A stretch of 64,000 nucleotides of DNA from a candidate division TM6 bacterium GW2011_GWF2_37_49 (GTDB taxonomy: Bacteria > Babelota > Babeliae > Babelales > RVW-14), in assembly GCA_945861145.1 (NCBI GenBank), contig CAMATL010000005.1, positions 2,653 to 66,652 of the forward strand, written 5' to 3'. This document shows positions 27,982-39,723 of the stretch, piece by piece. A program made the translations under genes and the position numbers. Positions within the stretch are counted from its first letter, which is position 1. Each line of letters begins with the position of its first letter. Under the pieces are notes generated by a model that worked only from the letters and a program-made list of their open reading frames with translations, was not told where the DNA came from and ran no database searches.

Positions 27982-30900
27982 CTAGGTTGACTCTTGAAGC
28001 TTAATTTTATCAAGCCCCGCTTCCAACTGCTCCTCGGTACGTGCTTTACGCTCATACTCTGAAACATCTTCACCAAGCATTTTTTGCTTAAATGAAGCTA
28101 TGCCTGTACCAGCCGGGATGAGTTTACCAATTACTACGTTTTCTTTCAACCCGTATAAGTAATCAATTTGACCTACGAGTGAAGCTTCCGTTAGAACACG
28201 CGTGGTTTCTTGGAACGAAGCTGCTGAAATAAAGCTTTCTGTGCCAAGTGACGCTTTGGTAATACCCATAAGGATAGGCTTTGTTGTAGCAATACGCTTA
28301 CCAGCCTTCATCATTGTAGTATTAACCGCTTTTAAGTGGTTCTTATCAATGCGATCACCAACAACGAAGTGCGTTTCGCCTGGATCAACAACACGTACTT
28401 TTCGTAGCATTTGTTTAACAATCAACTCTATGTGTTTATTGTTAATTTCTACACCTTGCAGGCTGTAAATTTCTTGAATCTCTTTTGTGAGGTATTTTTG
28501 CACCTCGTCTGGTCCAAGAATGCGCAAAATGTCATGTACGTTTGGTACGCCAGAACTGAGTGCGTCACCAGCTTTTACGTATTCATTATCTTCGACGTTA
28601 AGATGTCGTGATCGTGGTACGTTGTATTCAAATACTTCGCCGATGTCAGTTGTTACTGTGACGCGACGTTGTCCGCGATGCAAGCCACCAAATTTTACCA
28701 CACCATCAACATCACTGATGATAGCCGGATCTTTTGGAATACGAGCTTCAAAGAGTTCCGCAACGCGAGGCAAGCCCCCGGTAATATCCTTTGTACGCTT
28801 TTCTTCACGAGGAAGCTTTGCAAGAATATCGCCCGGTAAGACTTCAGTACCTTCTTCAATAGTTAAGACTGCACCAGTTGGCAGGTAATAACGACCTTCT
28901 TCCATACCGTCATTATCAACAACCATAATATACGGTTGTCGTTTTTCTTCTCGACGCTCTAAAATCGTTTTACGAGAACAACTACTTGTATCATCGTATT
29001 GCTCTTGGTAGGTAACGTTTTCAATCAAATCGACATACTGAATTTTTCCAGCTTTGTCTGTCAAGATGATCTTAGACGGTTCCCATTCTGCAAGTTTTTG
29101 ACCAACGATAACGTTATCGTTTGGTTTGACGTGCAAGAGGGCGCCATAACCAAGCTTCAATTCTTCAAGTTCGCGCCCGTCTTCAGCAACGATAACCAAT
29201 TTTGCTTTACGGTTCATAACAGTCAGCGCGCCAACTCTATTCTTAACAGCCTGTACTTCACGGAAAATTACTTTTCCTTTGAACTGAGATTTGTGAGCTG
29301 TTTGTTCAACAACACCGGTTACTGTACCCCCAACGTGGAAGGTTCTCATGGTTAGCTGTGTACCAGGTTCACCGATCGATTGTGCGGCGATAATACCAAC
29401 AGCAGCACCAACTTCAACCAATTCATGCGTTGAAAGATCCATACCATAACAGGTTGCACATACGCCACGTTTAGACTGGCAGCTCAATACAGAGCGAACT
29501 TTGACTTCAACGGCTGATGATTCACGAACCGCATTAACGATTGATTCGGTAAGTAGCTCACCTTTTTTACAAAGAAGCTGACCCTTAACCGGATCCATAA
29601 CATCTTCAGCTGCAATACGACCGAATATTTGACGAGCAAGTGACTCTATCACTTGGCCAGATTCAGCGAGATCGGTAACTGAGATATAACCAAGCGAGTT
29701 ACAATCTTTATGATTGATAACTACGTCCTGAGCAACGTCAACTAAACGACGGGTCAAATAGCCCGAGTCAGCTGTTTTAAGTGCTGTATCCGCAAGACCT
29801 TTACGAGCACCATGTGTTGAAACAAAATATTCAAACACATTGAGGCCTTCTTTGAAGTTTGCTAGAACCGGAGTTTCCATAATTTCGCCGGATGGTTTAG
29901 CCATAAGACCTCTCATCGCAGCCAACTGACGGATCTGAGTTCTAGATCCACGAGCACCAGAATCAAGCATCATGAAGACAGGATTGAACGGTGTCTTTTC
30001 CTTGTCGTCATTAAGTGATGCTTCACGATCTTGCGCTTCAAGGACTGTTATCATGTCGTTAGTAATATCTTCGGTTGTACGCGCCCAAATCTGTACGATT
30101 TTGTTATAGCGTTCACCGTTTGTTATTGCGCCATCAAGGTAAAGCTTTTCAGTCTTTTCTACCTCTTTAGTGCTACGCTCTAACGATTCTTTTTTAGTTT
30201 CTGGGATAATCAAATTGTCGATAGACAATGAGATACCACCAAAAGTTGCATAAGAAAAACCAAGTGATTTGATTTTATCAAGTGATACAACAGTTGCTTC
30301 GCTACCAAAACGTTTGTGAAGTCTTGAGATAAGTTTTACCAAATCTTTTTTCTTCACTGCTTTGTTAATCCACTCAAAATCAGATCCAGCTGGCAAGGTT
30401 TCATAAAGTATGATGCGACCAACTGTCGCACTTACTAGAGCTTGATCAGCCGCTAGGCGGATATTAACCGAAGCGTGTACATCTACTTGACCGTGTTGAT
30501 ACGCAGCAATAACTTCTTCAATATTTGAAAAGTTCAGCCCTTCACCAAGAATATTTTTGCGGCCTTTGGTCAAATAATAAAGACCAAGAACCATATCTTG
30601 TGATGGTACAGCAATCGGACGTCCATTTGCTGCTGAGATAATATTCTTTGTTGAAAGCATTAAGTTTAACGCTTCTGTACGTGCTTTTTGGCTAAGCAAA
30701 ACGTGAACGGCCATTTGGTCACCGTCAAAATCCGCGTTGAATGCCGAACATACAAGAGGATGAATCTTAATAGCTTTGCCTTCTACAAGAATAGGAAAGA
30801 ACGCTTGAATACCAAGGCGGTGAAGCGTTGGTGCACGATTTAGCAATACTGGGCGATCTTTAACAACCGCTTCAAGAGCTTCCCATACTTCAGGCGTCAT

Positions 30901-32118
30901 TTCTTCAACCATGCGCTTTGCTACACGCAAATTTGGAGCAAGTTCGCGCATTTGTAGTTCTACATAAACGTATGGCTTGAAAAGTTCCAAAGCCATAATT
31001 TTAGGAAGACCACATTGGTGCATCTGTAGCTCAGGATCAACAACGATAACCGAACGACCTGAATAGTCTACACGCTTACCGAGCAAGTTTTGACGGAAAC
31101 GACCTTGCTTGCCACGCAGCATTTCACTGAGCGATTTGAGAGGGCGCTTGTTGGAGCCTCGTACTGGCTGGCCACGCCTACCGTTATCGATCAGAGCATC
31201 GACTGATTCTTGTAACATACGTTTTTCGTTTTTGATAATAACGTCTGGAGCTTCAAGCTCAATCAAACGCTTTAAACGAATGTTTCTGTTCAGTACGCGT
31301 CGGTATAGATCATTTAAGTCTGAGCTCGCAAAACGACCACCCTCAAGAGGTACAAGCGGACGCAAGTCAGGTGGCAGCACAGGCAACACTTCCTGAATGA
31401 TCCACTCAGGTCTCATATTAGCGTGCGAAAGGCCTAACAGTGCTTTAAAGCGCTTTGCCAAGCGATGTTTTGCAGCAACAGATGACGTTTTGTTGTACTC
31501 TTCTTCAATCTTACGAACTTCAAAGATTAGATCCATGCTTGCAAGCAAAATACGAACTGCTTCTGCGCCCATGTCTGCCTTGAAAACAATGTCGTCCATA
31601 TTCTGATTCAAGTATTCTTCATGTTCCTGAGCAGACAATAAAGTCTTTTGAGGGTATGGAGAATTACCTTGGTTGAGAACAACGTAACTATCAAAATAAA
31701 TGATACGTTCAAGATCACGTACCGTCATATTTAAAATCAAGCTTAAATAGCTTGGAATGCCCTTCAAAAACCAGATATGGCAGACCGGCGAAACCAAATT
31801 AATGTGGCCCATACGTTCACGACGTACACGGGCCTGAATTACTTCAACACCGCACTTTTCACAGGTAACACCGCGATGTTTCATGCGCTTGTATTTGCCG
31901 CAGTTACATTCCCAGTCTTTTACTGGACCGAAAATGCGTGCGCAAAAAAGACCATCACGTTCAGGCTTAAGTGTGCGATAATTGATAGTTTCTATCTTCT
32001 TCACTTCGCCATAAGACAATGAGCGAATCTTTTCCGGTGATGCAATCCCTATGCGGATTGCATTAAATTGAGTTGTGTTTATATACTCGCGAAAACGTTC
32101 TAGCATTCTGTTATTCAC
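27982..32118 (-). CDS. rpoC: RNA polymerase beta' subunit
   Basis: [40 protein letters not shown]. Confidence 0.99.
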   Translation of the reverse strand: MNNRMLERFREYINTTQFNAIRIGIASPEKIRSLSYGEVKKIETINYRTLKPERDGLFCARIFGPVKDWECNCGKYKRMKHRGVTCEKCGVEVIQARVRRERMGHINLVSPVCHIWFLKGIPSYLSLILNMTVRDLERIIYFDSYVVLNQGNSPYPQKTLLSAQEHEEYLNQNMDDIVFKADMGAEAVRILLASMDLIFEVRKIEEEYNKTSSVAAKHRLAKRFKALLGLSHANMRPEWIIQEVLPVLPPDLRPLVPLEGGRFASSDLNDLYRRVLNRNIRLKRLIELEAPDVIIKNEKRMLQESVDALIDNGRRGQPVRGSNKRPLKSLSEMLRGKQGRFRQNLLGKRVDYSGRSVIVVDPELQMHQCGLPKIMALELFKPYVYVELQMRELAPNLRVAKRMVEEMTPEVWEALEAVVKDRPVLLNRAPTLHRLGIQAFFPILVEGKAIKIHPLVCSAFNADFDGDQMAVHVLLSQKARTEALNLMLSTKNIISAANGRPIAVPSQDMVLGLYYLTKGRKNILGEGLNFSNIEEVIAAYQHGQVDVHASVNIRLAADQALVSATVGRIILYETLPAGSDFEWINKAVKKKDLVKLISRLHKRFGSEATVVSLDKIKSLGFSYATFGGISLSIDNLIIPETKKESLERSTKEVEKTEKLYLDGAITNGERYNKIVQIWARTTEDITNDMITVLEAQDREASLNDDKEKTPFNPVFMMLDSGARGSRTQIRQLAAMRGLMAKPSGEIMETPVLANFKEGLNVFEYFVSTHGARKGLADTALKTADSGYLTRRLVDVAQDVVINHKDCNSLGYISVTDLAESGQVIESLARQIFGRIAAEDVMDPVKGQLLCKKGELLTESIVNAVRESSAVEVKVRSVLSCQSKRGVCATCYGMDLSTHELVEVGAAVGIIAAQSIGEPGTQLTMRTFHVGGTVTGVVEQTAHKSQFKGKVIFREVQAVKNRVGALTVMNRKAKLVIVAEDGRELEELKLGYGALLHVKPNDNVIVGQKLAEWEPSKIILTDKAGKIQYVDLIENVTYQEQYDDTSSCSRKTILERREEKRQPYIMVVDNDGMEEGRYYLPTGAVLTIEEGTEVLPGDILAKLPREEKRTKDITGGLPRVAELFEARIPKDPAIISDVDGVVKFGGLHRGQRRVTVTTDIGEVFEYNVPRSRHLNVEDNEYVKAGDALSSGVPNVHDILRILGPDEVQKYLTKEIQEIYSLQGVEINNKHIELIVKQMLRKVRVVDPGETHFVVGDRIDKNHLKAVNTTMMKAGKRIATTKPILMGITKASLGTESFISAASFQETTRVLTEASLVGQIDYLYGLKENVVIGKLIPAGTGIASFKQKMLGEDVSEYERKARTEEQLEAGLDKIKLQEST

Positions 32119-35100
32119 CGACTTGCTCCTTACTGGTCTTGAAGAGGTCTACTTGTAAACCTAGACTCTGCAATTCTTTGACTAACACGTTGAAGGACTC
32201 TGGGATACCCGGCTCTGGGACTTCATCACCACGGACAATTGCTTCATACGCTTTAATACGACCGTTAACGTCATCAGATTTAATGGTTAGCATTTCTTGC
32301 AAGGTAAAGGCAGCACCATATGCGTACAATGCCCAAACTTCCATTTCCCCGAGACGTTGACCACCAAACTGGGCTTTACCGCCGAGTGGCTGCTGGGTAA
32401 TAAGTGAGTATGGCCCAACAGAGCGTGCGTGGAGTTTATCATCTGCTAAATGGTTCAGCTTCATCATATAGATTTGTCCAACCGTAACTGGTTGATCAAA
32501 CGATGTTCCTGTTCTTCCATCAAACAACATGAAGGTACCGTTTGCTGGCAAACCAGCATCAAGCATGAGACTTTGAATATCTCTTGTATAATCAGCACCA
32601 TCAAATACTGGTGTTTTGGTATGTAGGCCGGATTTTGCAACTTTTTCAGCAAAAATCGTAAGGCCTTCATCACCGTATTCTTTTTCAACTGAGTTAACAA
32701 CTTCAGCGCCAAAGTACTTGGTCAACCATTGCTTGGTTTCTTTAGCTGAAAAATCACCAAGTTGCGCACTAAGCGATTCAGCGATTCTCTTGCCGGCAAT
32801 ACCAAGCATTGTTTCAAGAATTTGACCAATATTCATACGTCCAGGAACACCAAGTGGATTTAGTACTATGTCTACTGGGGTGCCATCTTCAAGGTACGGC
32901 ATATCTTCTGGATTAACAATTCGTGATACCACACCCTTGTTACCATGACGACCTGCCATTTTATCACCAACTGAAAGTGTGCGCTTTGTAGCAACATAGA
33001 CCTTAACCATCTTAATAACACCAGATGGTAGATCATCCCCTTTACGCAGGCGGTTGATTTGCTCTTCTTTAAGAGCAGTCAACACGTGTACTTGGTTATC
33101 AAGTACATCGCGGAATGATTTAATTTGGTCAAAAGCTTCTTTACTTGAAGGTTCAACTTCAAGCAAGCGCTCAGTTGTAGCTGCTTCTAAAAGAGATTTA
33201 TCAAAGACTCCCTGAACAACCAAATCTTTATGTTTGGCGCCCGAGCTCTTAAGACCTTCTAATTGCTGAAGAAGTCTCTCTTTGATGTTTTCTTTTAAAA
33301 CATCAAGTTGATAAGAGAAGTTTTCTTCAATGCGAGTGGTTTCTTTTTGAACAATGTCTTTATAACGCTTGTCCTTACGAATACCGCTACGCGAGAAAAC
33401 CTTTACATCGATAACACTGGCTTCAACCCCTGGTGGCACGCGCAAGGAGGTATCACGTACTTCACGAGATTTTTCACCAAAAATTGCGCGGAGCAATTTT
33501 TCTTCTGGCGAAACTTGTACGTCGCCTTTAAGCGTTACTTTACCAACAAGAATATCCCCAGGCTTCACACGGGTACCGACTTTTACGATACCATCTTCAT
33601 CAAGCGCTTCAAGATCTTTTTCAGGAACGTTTGGAATATCACGAGTGATTTCTTCAGCCCCAAGCTTGGTATCGCGTGCTTCAACGATAAATTCTTCAAC
33701 GTGTACAGAAGTAAAAACGTCGTCAGAAACCAATCGCTTGTTTACAACTATAGCATCCTCAAAGTTGTAACCTTGCCATGGCATAAAAGCCACCAAGATA
33801 TTAGAACCAAGTGCCAGTTCACCATTACGTGTTGCTGGGCCGTCGGTAAGAATATCACCCTTTTTGATCTTCTGCCCAACTATTACTATTGGTACATGAT
33901 GTATCCAAGTGTTGTGGCTGGATCGAGCATATTTTTTAAGAGTATAAATATCAACGGATCGCGAAAGGACTTCAGCATCGCTGCCAGTAATTTTATCCAA
34001 CTTGACGATAATCTTATCTGCTGCGACATAAATAATGGTACCTGGATTTTTTGCTAGAACAACTGAACCTTCAGTTGAACCAAGCTCAAATTCCATACCG
34101 GTACCGACGAGCGGTGTTTCACATTTAACGAGAGGCACGGCTTGTCGTTGCATGTTCGAACCCATCAATGCTCGGTTTGCGTCATCATGTTCCAAGAATG
34201 GAATAAGTGCCGTTGCAACAGAGAACAATTGCTTAGGTGAAGCATCAACATAAGAAAGTTCATCAACTTCTTTTTTAACGTAGTCACCATCGTGGCGAGC
34301 TAATATTTTGGTTGATAAAATGTTGTTCTTAGCGTCAAGCTCAAGATTTGATTGCGCGATGAATTTACCCTGTTCCTGAAACGCATCAAGATATATTGCA
34401 TCACTAGAAACCTTGCCATCCTCTACCTTGCGGTATGGCGTTTCAATGAAGCCAAGCTCATTGACTTTTGCATAGGTTGAAAGCGATGAAATAAGACCGA
34501 TGTTTTGACCTTCAGGAGTTTCAATTGGACAAATGCGGCCATAGTGGGAGGTGTGAACGTCACGCACTTCGAAAGTAGCGCGTTCACGCGTAAGACCACC
34601 GGGCCCAAGAGCAGAAAGTCGACGCTTGTGAGCCATTTCTGCAAGCGGATTGGTTTGGTCCATAAACTGAGAAAGTTGACCAGTGCCAAAAAACTCACGT
34701 AGTACGGCAGATAGCGGTTTAACATTCAAGAAATCATATGGCATCAATGCTGCATAATTTTCTTGCAAACGGAATCGCTCCTTAACAATACGTTCGATAC
34801 GTGCAAAACCAACATAAAGCTGACTTTGTAACAATTCTCCAACGAGACGTACGCAACGATTACCAAGGTGATCGATATCATCAAGCTCACCTTCACCACG
34901 CTCTTTTAAGCCAATGAGGTATTTAACGGTAGCAACGATATCTTCTTTGCTGAGATGGGTGATTTCTTCTACAACCTTCAGAGCAAGTTTGCGGTTGGTG
35001 CGGATACGTCCAACAATTGTTAGGTCGTAAAAACGAGGATTGAAGAACATATTGCTTACGTATTCTTCCATAATCTTAAGCGTTGGAATATCTCCAGGCT

Positions 35101-36466
35101 TAAGCTTGGTATAAATTTCCTTAAGCGATTCTTCATATGTTAGATTTGTATCGTGAGCAAATGTAAGCGCTAAGGTTGGTTGTAATACATAACCAGATGA
35201 TTGAATAACACTAATAACATAGCCGCTTAATGATGAGAGATGCTCAATAATTTCTTCAGTCAAGATTGTGCCTTGCTGAATGATAATTTCGCCAGTCTCT
35301 TCATCCATAATATCGCGAGCCATGATACGACTAACCAAGCTGGTTTTACGTACTTGCATGTAAACGATGCCATCCTTCAAAAGTTTGTCGATATTTGCTT
35401 TTGTAAGACGTTTACCAATAGTTAACTTAGCTTCAACTTCTTTAACCAGGGTGCCAGCTTCAAGTCGTTGGCCTACAAGGTTGTAAGTAATAGGCTTAAA
35501 AAAACCTTCATCACGGATTTCGATATCATCGAAACCATAAAAAGTTTCAAGAAGCAGCTTACGATCTATACCAATTGCTTGTAAGAAAGTGGTAACAAGG
35601 ATTTTTTTCTTTTTATCGATACGAACGTACAATAGATCGTTGTGATCAAATTCAAAATCGATCCAAGAACCGCGGTTTGGAATGATTCGAGCAATATGAT
35701 AAGGCTGACCTCTAAAGTCTTTGGATTTCTTGCTCAATGAGAACATAACACCGGGCGCACGATGCATTTGGCTGACGACTACGCGATCAACACCATTGAT
35801 CAAAAAAGTGCCTTGACTGCCAAGAGCAAAACGATTGTCTTGGTCTTCATATAAATCAACCATAGCTGGAAGATCACAGAAGAACACGTCTTGTTCTTTG
35901 ATGTCGCGAATGCTTTTAACATTCGTTTGCTCATCAATATCCCAACTGATGAGCTGCATTTTCACCTTAAGAGGCAATGAAAATGTTTTACCACTGTAAC
36001 GACATTCATCAACTGATGGTGATGGTTTAATGGTTACGCGTGAAAAACATTTTTTGCAATGTTGGTATGATGCAGTTTCTTTTTTGCAATGAGGGCAGGA
36101 ATTATTTTTTAAGGTATTGGTACCACCTTTTTTACAAGAGGAGCAAGTCCACTTGTAGCGGTTTTGAATACCGGTTGATTGCCCGCAAACACATTTCCAC
36201 TCACCAAGCTCATAACTCACATATTCAAGCGAAATGCGCTCGTTATGTTCAATTGGAAAGGTATCTCTTAGAACCTTTTCCAAACCAATGTTACGTCGTT
36301 CACTAGGTAAGCAGTCAAGTTGTACAAAATCGTTGAACGACTTTGATTGGACTTCGATAAGATTAGGAAGTGAAACCACTTCCTTGATTTTCCCGTAATT
36401 TTTTCTAAAAAGGCCTTTACTTACGAGAATCTTATCAAGCTGGTGTGCCCGTGCCATTTGAGACAT
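32111..36466 (-). CDS. rpoB: RNA polymerase beta subunit
   Basis: SQFMDQTNPL, HYGRICPIETPEG, GDKMAGRHGNKGV, GGQRLGEMEVWAL. Confidence 0.99.
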   Translation of the reverse strand: MSQMARAHQLDKILVSKGLFRKNYGKIKEVVSLPNLIEVQSKSFNDFVQLDCLPSERRNIGLEKVLRDTFPIEHNERISLEYVSYELGEWKCVCGQSTGIQNRYKWTCSSCKKGGTNTLKNNSCPHCKKETASYQHCKKCFSRVTIKPSPSVDECRYSGKTFSLPLKVKMQLISWDIDEQTNVKSIRDIKEQDVFFCDLPAMVDLYEDQDNRFALGSQGTFLINGVDRVVVSQMHRAPGVMFSLSKKSKDFRGQPYHIARIIPNRGSWIDFEFDHNDLLYVRIDKKKKILVTTFLQAIGIDRKLLLETFYGFDDIEIRDEGFFKPITYNLVGQRLEAGTLVKEVEAKLTIGKRLTKANIDKLLKDGIVYMQVRKTSLVSRIMARDIMDEETGEIIIQQGTILTEEIIEHLSSLSGYVISVIQSSGYVLQPTLALTFAHDTNLTYEESLKEIYTKLKPGDIPTLKIMEEYVSNMFFNPRFYDLTIVGRIRTNRKLALKVVEEITHLSKEDIVATVKYLIGLKERGEGELDDIDHLGNRCVRLVGELLQSQLYVGFARIERIVKERFRLQENYAALMPYDFLNVKPLSAVLREFFGTGQLSQFMDQTNPLAEMAHKRRLSALGPGGLTRERATFEVRDVHTSHYGRICPIETPEGQNIGLISSLSTYAKVNELGFIETPYRKVEDGKVSSDAIYLDAFQEQGKFIAQSNLELDAKNNILSTKILARHDGDYVKKEVDELSYVDASPKQLFSVATALIPFLEHDDANRALMGSNMQRQAVPLVKCETPLVGTGMEFELGSTEGSVVLAKNPGTIIYVAADKIIVKLDKITGSDAEVLSRSVDIYTLKKYARSSHNTWIHHVPIVIVGQKIKKGDILTDGPATRNGELALGSNILVAFMPWQGYNFEDAIVVNKRLVSDDVFTSVHVEEFIVEARDTKLGAEEITRDIPNVPEKDLEALDEDGIVKVGTRVKPGDILVGKVTLKGDVQVSPEEKLLRAIFGEKSREVRDTSLRVPPGVEASVIDVKVFSRSGIRKDKRYKDIVQKETTRIEENFSYQLDVLKENIKERLLQQLEGLKSSGAKHKDLVVQGVFDKSLLEAATTERLLEVEPSSKEAFDQIKSFRDVLDNQVHVLTALKEEQINRLRKGDDLPSGVIKMVKVYVATKRTLSVGDKMAGRHGNKGVVSRIVNPEDMPYLEDGTPVDIVLNPLGVPGRMNIGQILETMLGIAGKRIAESLSAQLGDFSAKETKQWLTKYFGAEVVNSVEKEYGDEGLTIFAEKVAKSGLHTKTPVFDGADYTRDIQSLMLDAGLPANGTFMLFDGRTGTSFDQPVTVGQIYMMKLNHLADDKLHARSVGPYSLITQQPLGGKAQFGGQRLGEMEVWALYAYGAAFTLQEMLTIKSDDVNGRIKAYEAIVRGDEVPEPGIPESFNVLVKELQSLGLQVDLFKTSKEQVGE

Positions 36467-36539
36467 TCAGTAGCTCCTAACAGTAATGCGCCAAAACCGC
36501 TGGATAAAGCAACGCTTTATTATGTTCTCTAGAAAACTA

Positions 36540-36582
36540 AAGACTCCGTTTCAGATATTTTGACTATCTGAAACGGGGTCTT
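36540..36582. terminator. Hairpin between rplL and rpoB (attenuator/terminator-like)
   Basis: AAGACTCCGTTTCAGATA-loop-TATCTGAAACGGGGTCTT. Confidence 0.6.
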
Positions 36583-36617
36583 TTTTAAAAAATCTCGAAC
36601 TGTGCAGAGAGTAAGAA

Positions 36618-36989
36618 TTATGATAGTTCTACTTTTGCGCCAGCTTCTTCTAAAGCCTTTTTGATCTTTTGAGCATCTTCTTTTGGTGCTGATTCAGCAA
36701 CAACAAAAGGAGCGCTTTCAACAGCTTTCTTAGCATCGCCCAAAGATAGGGTTGAAACAGTTCTCAAAGCTTTAATAACTTTGATTATTTCTGTGCCTGA
36801 TTCTTTCAACGTTACTTTGAATTCGTTCTTTTCTTCAGCTGCTGGAGCTGCTGCGCCTGCTGCTGGAGCTGCGACAGCAGCCATTGCAGTAACGCCAAAA
36901 CGTTCTTGAAGGTCTTTAACGAACTGGGAAAGATCCATTACGGACATTTTGCCAATTTCTTCAATTAGATGTTCATGTTTGGATGCCAT
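36618..36989 (-). CDS. rplL: 50S ribosomal protein L7/L12
   Basis: Ala-rich hinge, EEKNEFKV, IKVIKALR, LEEAGAKVEL. Confidence 0.96.
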   Translation of the reverse strand: MASKHEHLIEEIGKMSVMDLSQFVKDLQERFGVTAMAAVAAPAAGAAAPAAEEKNEFKVTLKESGTEIIKVIKALRTVSTLSLGDAKKAVESAPFVVAESAPKEDAQKIKKALEEAGAKVELS

Positions 36990-37097
36990 GCTTTTGACTC
37001 CCTATTGGTTAGCAAATCGATTGAGCTAAGTGGTACTAAACTTAAAAATACGCCTAAATCACATTTAACACGAGCATCACGTGCAAAAATACGACAA

Positions 37098-37604
37098 TTA
37101 CTGCTGTGCTTCTTGTTGTTCTTGGTCTTTGTTTACTTTAGCTTCCAAGGTGCCAACTAGGCTGACCATTGGTGCTTGTAAAGTGTACACAAGTGTAGCA
37201 AGAAGGACTTCACGTGATGGAATGGAACCGAGTGCAACAACTTCTTCTTTAGAGATCAAACGCTCTTCGAAGAATCCTGCTATAATCGTAAGAGCCTCGT
37301 TTGCTTTTGCAAATTCAACAATACGTTTTGCAACGACGGTAGCTTCAGTTTTTGCAAAAATTAGACCAACCTGGTCTTCGAATTTTTCTGCAAACGCAGC
37401 AACGCCAGCAACATCTTTTGAAGCGATCTTCATAAGACGAGCTTTTGTTACTTTAAAAGTACCTGATGCTTCACGGACTTGCTTTCTCAATTTCTGCATC
37501 AGCTGTACTGGCAGACCTTTATAATTGATCAAGAAGGCTGCTTCGGCACCTTTAAACATTGCGCGAACGTCGGCTACAACTTGTTCTTTTTCTTGACGAT
37601 TCAT
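37098..37604 (-). CDS. rplJ: 50S ribosomal protein L10
   Basis: MNRQEKEQVV, YKGLPV..LRK, IPSREVLLA; position between rplA and rplL. Confidence 0.93.
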   Translation of the reverse strand: MNRQEKEQVVADVRAMFKGAEAAFLINYKGLPVQLMQKLRKQVREASGTFKVTKARLMKIASKDVAGVAAFAEKFEDQVGLIFAKTEATVVAKRIVEFAKANEALTIIAGFFEERLISKEEVVALGSIPSREVLLATLVYTLQAPMVSLVGTLEAKVNKDQEQQEAQQ

Positions 37605-37640
37605 GATTTTATTCCTTTATTTTAGCCGCAGACTAAAACG

Positions 37641-38333
37641 TTACACCATCTCATCGGGATTAAGTACAAGACCAACACCCATGGTTGATGATACAGAAAG
37701 TTTTTTAACAAACTTACCTTTGGAAGCTGCAGGCTTGTTAGAACGAACCGCCTGAACGAGTGCTGAAAGGTTTTCAGCAAGTTTTTCAACGCCAAATGAC
37801 ACTCTGCCAAAAGGAGCGTGTAGTACGCCAGTTTTATCGTTTCTGAAAGAAACGCGACCTTTTTTTAGATCACTTACGATACTAGTAATATCAAAAGTTA
37901 CCGTGCCTATTTTTTTGTTAGGCAGTAAACCCCGAGGCCCAAGTATCTTTGCAACGCGCCCCACGAGAATCATTAAGTCAGGCGTGGCAACAGCTGCTTC
38001 AAAATCCAACCAACCGGATTCGATCTTAGCAACTAAATCTTCCGTACCGACATAGTCAGCACCAGCTTTTTTAGCTTGTTCTTCGTATTCGCCTTTTGCA
38101 AATACAAGTACGCGCATTTTCTTACCAGTACCGTGAGGTAATAGTACAGACCCACGAACGGTTTGTTCGCCCTTTGCAGCGTCGATACCAAGGCTGATAT
38201 CTACGTCAACTGATTCGTCGAATTTTGCAGGGGCGTTTTTTACAACAAAATCCAGAGCATTTTTCCAGGTCGCTACATTAGCGGTCTTCAAAAGCTCTTT
38301 GGCCTTTGCTAGTTTTTTTCCAGCTTTATTCAT
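37641..38333 (-). CDS. rplA: 50S ribosomal protein L1
   Basis: AKFDESVD, VRGSVLLPHGTGK, ILGPRGLLPN, SSTMG. Confidence 0.96.
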   Translation of the reverse strand: MNKAGKKLAKAKELLKTANVATWKNALDFVVKNAPAKFDESVDVDISLGIDAAKGEQTVRGSVLLPHGTGKKMRVLVFAKGEYEEQAKKAGADYVGTEDLVAKIESGWLDFEAAVATPDLMILVGRVAKILGPRGLLPNKKIGTVTFDITSIVSDLKKGRVSFRNDKTGVLHAPFGRVSFGVEKLAENLSALVQAVRSNKPAASKGKFVKKLSVSSTMGVGLVLNPDEMV

Positions 38334-38363
38334 GAATTTTCCACGAGTTGAACAACATTATTA

Positions 38364-38810
38364 CTAATCAATTACAACAAGACCCATGCTGCGAGCGCTT
38401 CCTACGATCATGCGCATTGCAGCTGCTACGTCAAATGCGTTAAGATCTTGCATTTTTATTTTTGCAATTTCTTCTACATCACTCATTTTGACGGTACCAA
38501 CCTGTTCTTTGCTTGGATTTTTTGCGCCTTTTTTAACGTTGGCACGTTTTTTCAAAAGCTCTGACACTGGAGGTGTCTTGCAGATGAAATCGTAAGTCTT
38601 GTCGACGTACACAGTAATGATTACCGGTACTGTTTCGCCCTTGCGACTTGCAGTAATAGCATTGAACTTTTTACAAAAGTCCATGATGTTCAAACCGTGT
38701 TGGCCCAATGATGAACCAATCTGCTGACCAGGAGTAGCTGCGCCACCCGCGATTTGCAGTCGAATATTAGCTTTGATCTTTTTCTTTGAAATATTTGACA
38801 TATCAGCCAC
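38364..38810 (-). CDS. rplK: 50S ribosomal protein L11
   Basis: LGQHGLNIMDFCKKFNA, KTPPVSELLKK, KMQDLNA, GSARSMG. Confidence 0.96.
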   Translation of the reverse strand: MADMSNISKKKIKANIRLQIAGGAATPGQQIGSSLGQHGLNIMDFCKKFNAITASRKGETVPVIITVYVDKTYDFICKTPPVSELLKKRANVKKGAKNPSKEQVGTVKMSDVEEIAKIKMQDLNAFDVAAAMRMIVGSARSMGLVVID

Positions 38811-38828
38811 CTATGAAGTTTGGAGTGA

Positions 38829-39347
38829 TTACTTTTTCACTTGATCGAACCCAAGTTCGACCGGGGTCATGCGTCCAAAAATACTTACCATAACAGTGAG
38901 GCGCTCTTTGTCTTCATCGACCTTGTCAATGATGCCAACGAAGCCAGAAAATGGCCCACTGCAGATATGAATTTCACTTCCTGATATGAAGTTTTCCTTA
39001 TCTGACGCAAGCGCAAGCTGTCCGGACATTTGCGTAAAGATTCGTTCTACCTCACGATCCGAAAGTGCGACCGGACGTTCTCCCCCAAGGAAACGGGACA
39101 CGCGTGGAGTGGTCGAAACCATTCTAAACGTTTCTCCTGTCATTTCCATCTGGACGAGAAGATATCCGGGGAAAATTTTTTCTTTTTTGGACTCCCCCTC
39201 GGAGAATAACGAAGCAATTTCACTGGCAGGGATGAGAATTTGACCAACTAAGTCATCAAGAGTTTCCTCTTGGACCCGTTTCTCAATGTCCCTTTTCACA
39301 ATGTCTTCGAAACCCGTGTAAATTTGAATTACATACCAGCGCTTCAT
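38829..39347 (-). CDS. nusG: Transcription termination/antitermination factor NusG
   Basis: RWYVIQ, IFPGYLLV, GPFSGFVG, VSIFGRMTPVEL. Confidence 0.96.
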   Translation of the reverse strand: MKRWYVIQIYTGFEDIVKRDIEKRVQEETLDDLVGQILIPASEIASLFSEGESKKEKIFPGYLLVQMEMTGETFRMVSTTPRVSRFLGGERPVALSDREVERIFTQMSGQLALASDKENFISGSEIHICSGPFSGFVGIIDKVDEDKERLTVMVSIFGRMTPVELGFDQVKK

Positions 39348-39403
39348 ATCTTACTTGTCAACTCCATCAGGTACTTTTATCAAAAAAACCTAGCTGTAAA
39401 CTC

Positions 39404-39601
39404 TTACGCTACGAAAGTGCGGGTGACATAACCAAATATGCCATCCATCGAGCCTAGTATTGCTGCAAATACTACAACAAGCAGGCAAACAATAATTACC
39501 GAGCCCGTCAGTTCATCACGTGAAGGCCAAGTAATTTTTTTGACTTCAGATTTTGTTTCATTAACAAAAACTATAAACTTGCTTATAAAATTTGCGTTCA
39601 T
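39404..39601 (-). CDS. secE: Preprotein translocase SecE
   Basis: EVKKITWPSRDE followed by a TM helix; ATG at 39601. Confidence 0.92.
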   Translation of the reverse strand: MNANFISKFIVFVNETKSEVKKITWPSRDELTGSVIIVCLLVVVFAAILGSMDGIFGYVTRTFVA

Positions 39602-39637
39602 AAAAAGCTCTTTCCAATTCGTCTTCAAACTATTCTT

Positions 39638-39713
39638 TGGCGGGTCAGGAGGGACTCGAACCCCCAACAAGCGGATTTGGAGTCCGCCGCTCTACCATTG
39701 GAGCTACTAACCC
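39638..39713 (-). tRNA. tRNA-Trp(CCA)
   Basis: Anticodon arm GCGGA-CT CCA AA-TCCGC; 3' CCA. Confidence 0.95.
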
Positions 39714-39723
39714 GCGCCTTTTC

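Noticed and set aside
28202-36306. Many long antisense ORFs (up to 249 aa) in rpoB/rpoC, also in pnp, leuS and gyrB
   Set aside because: Expected shadow frames of conserved genes; no motifs or RBS
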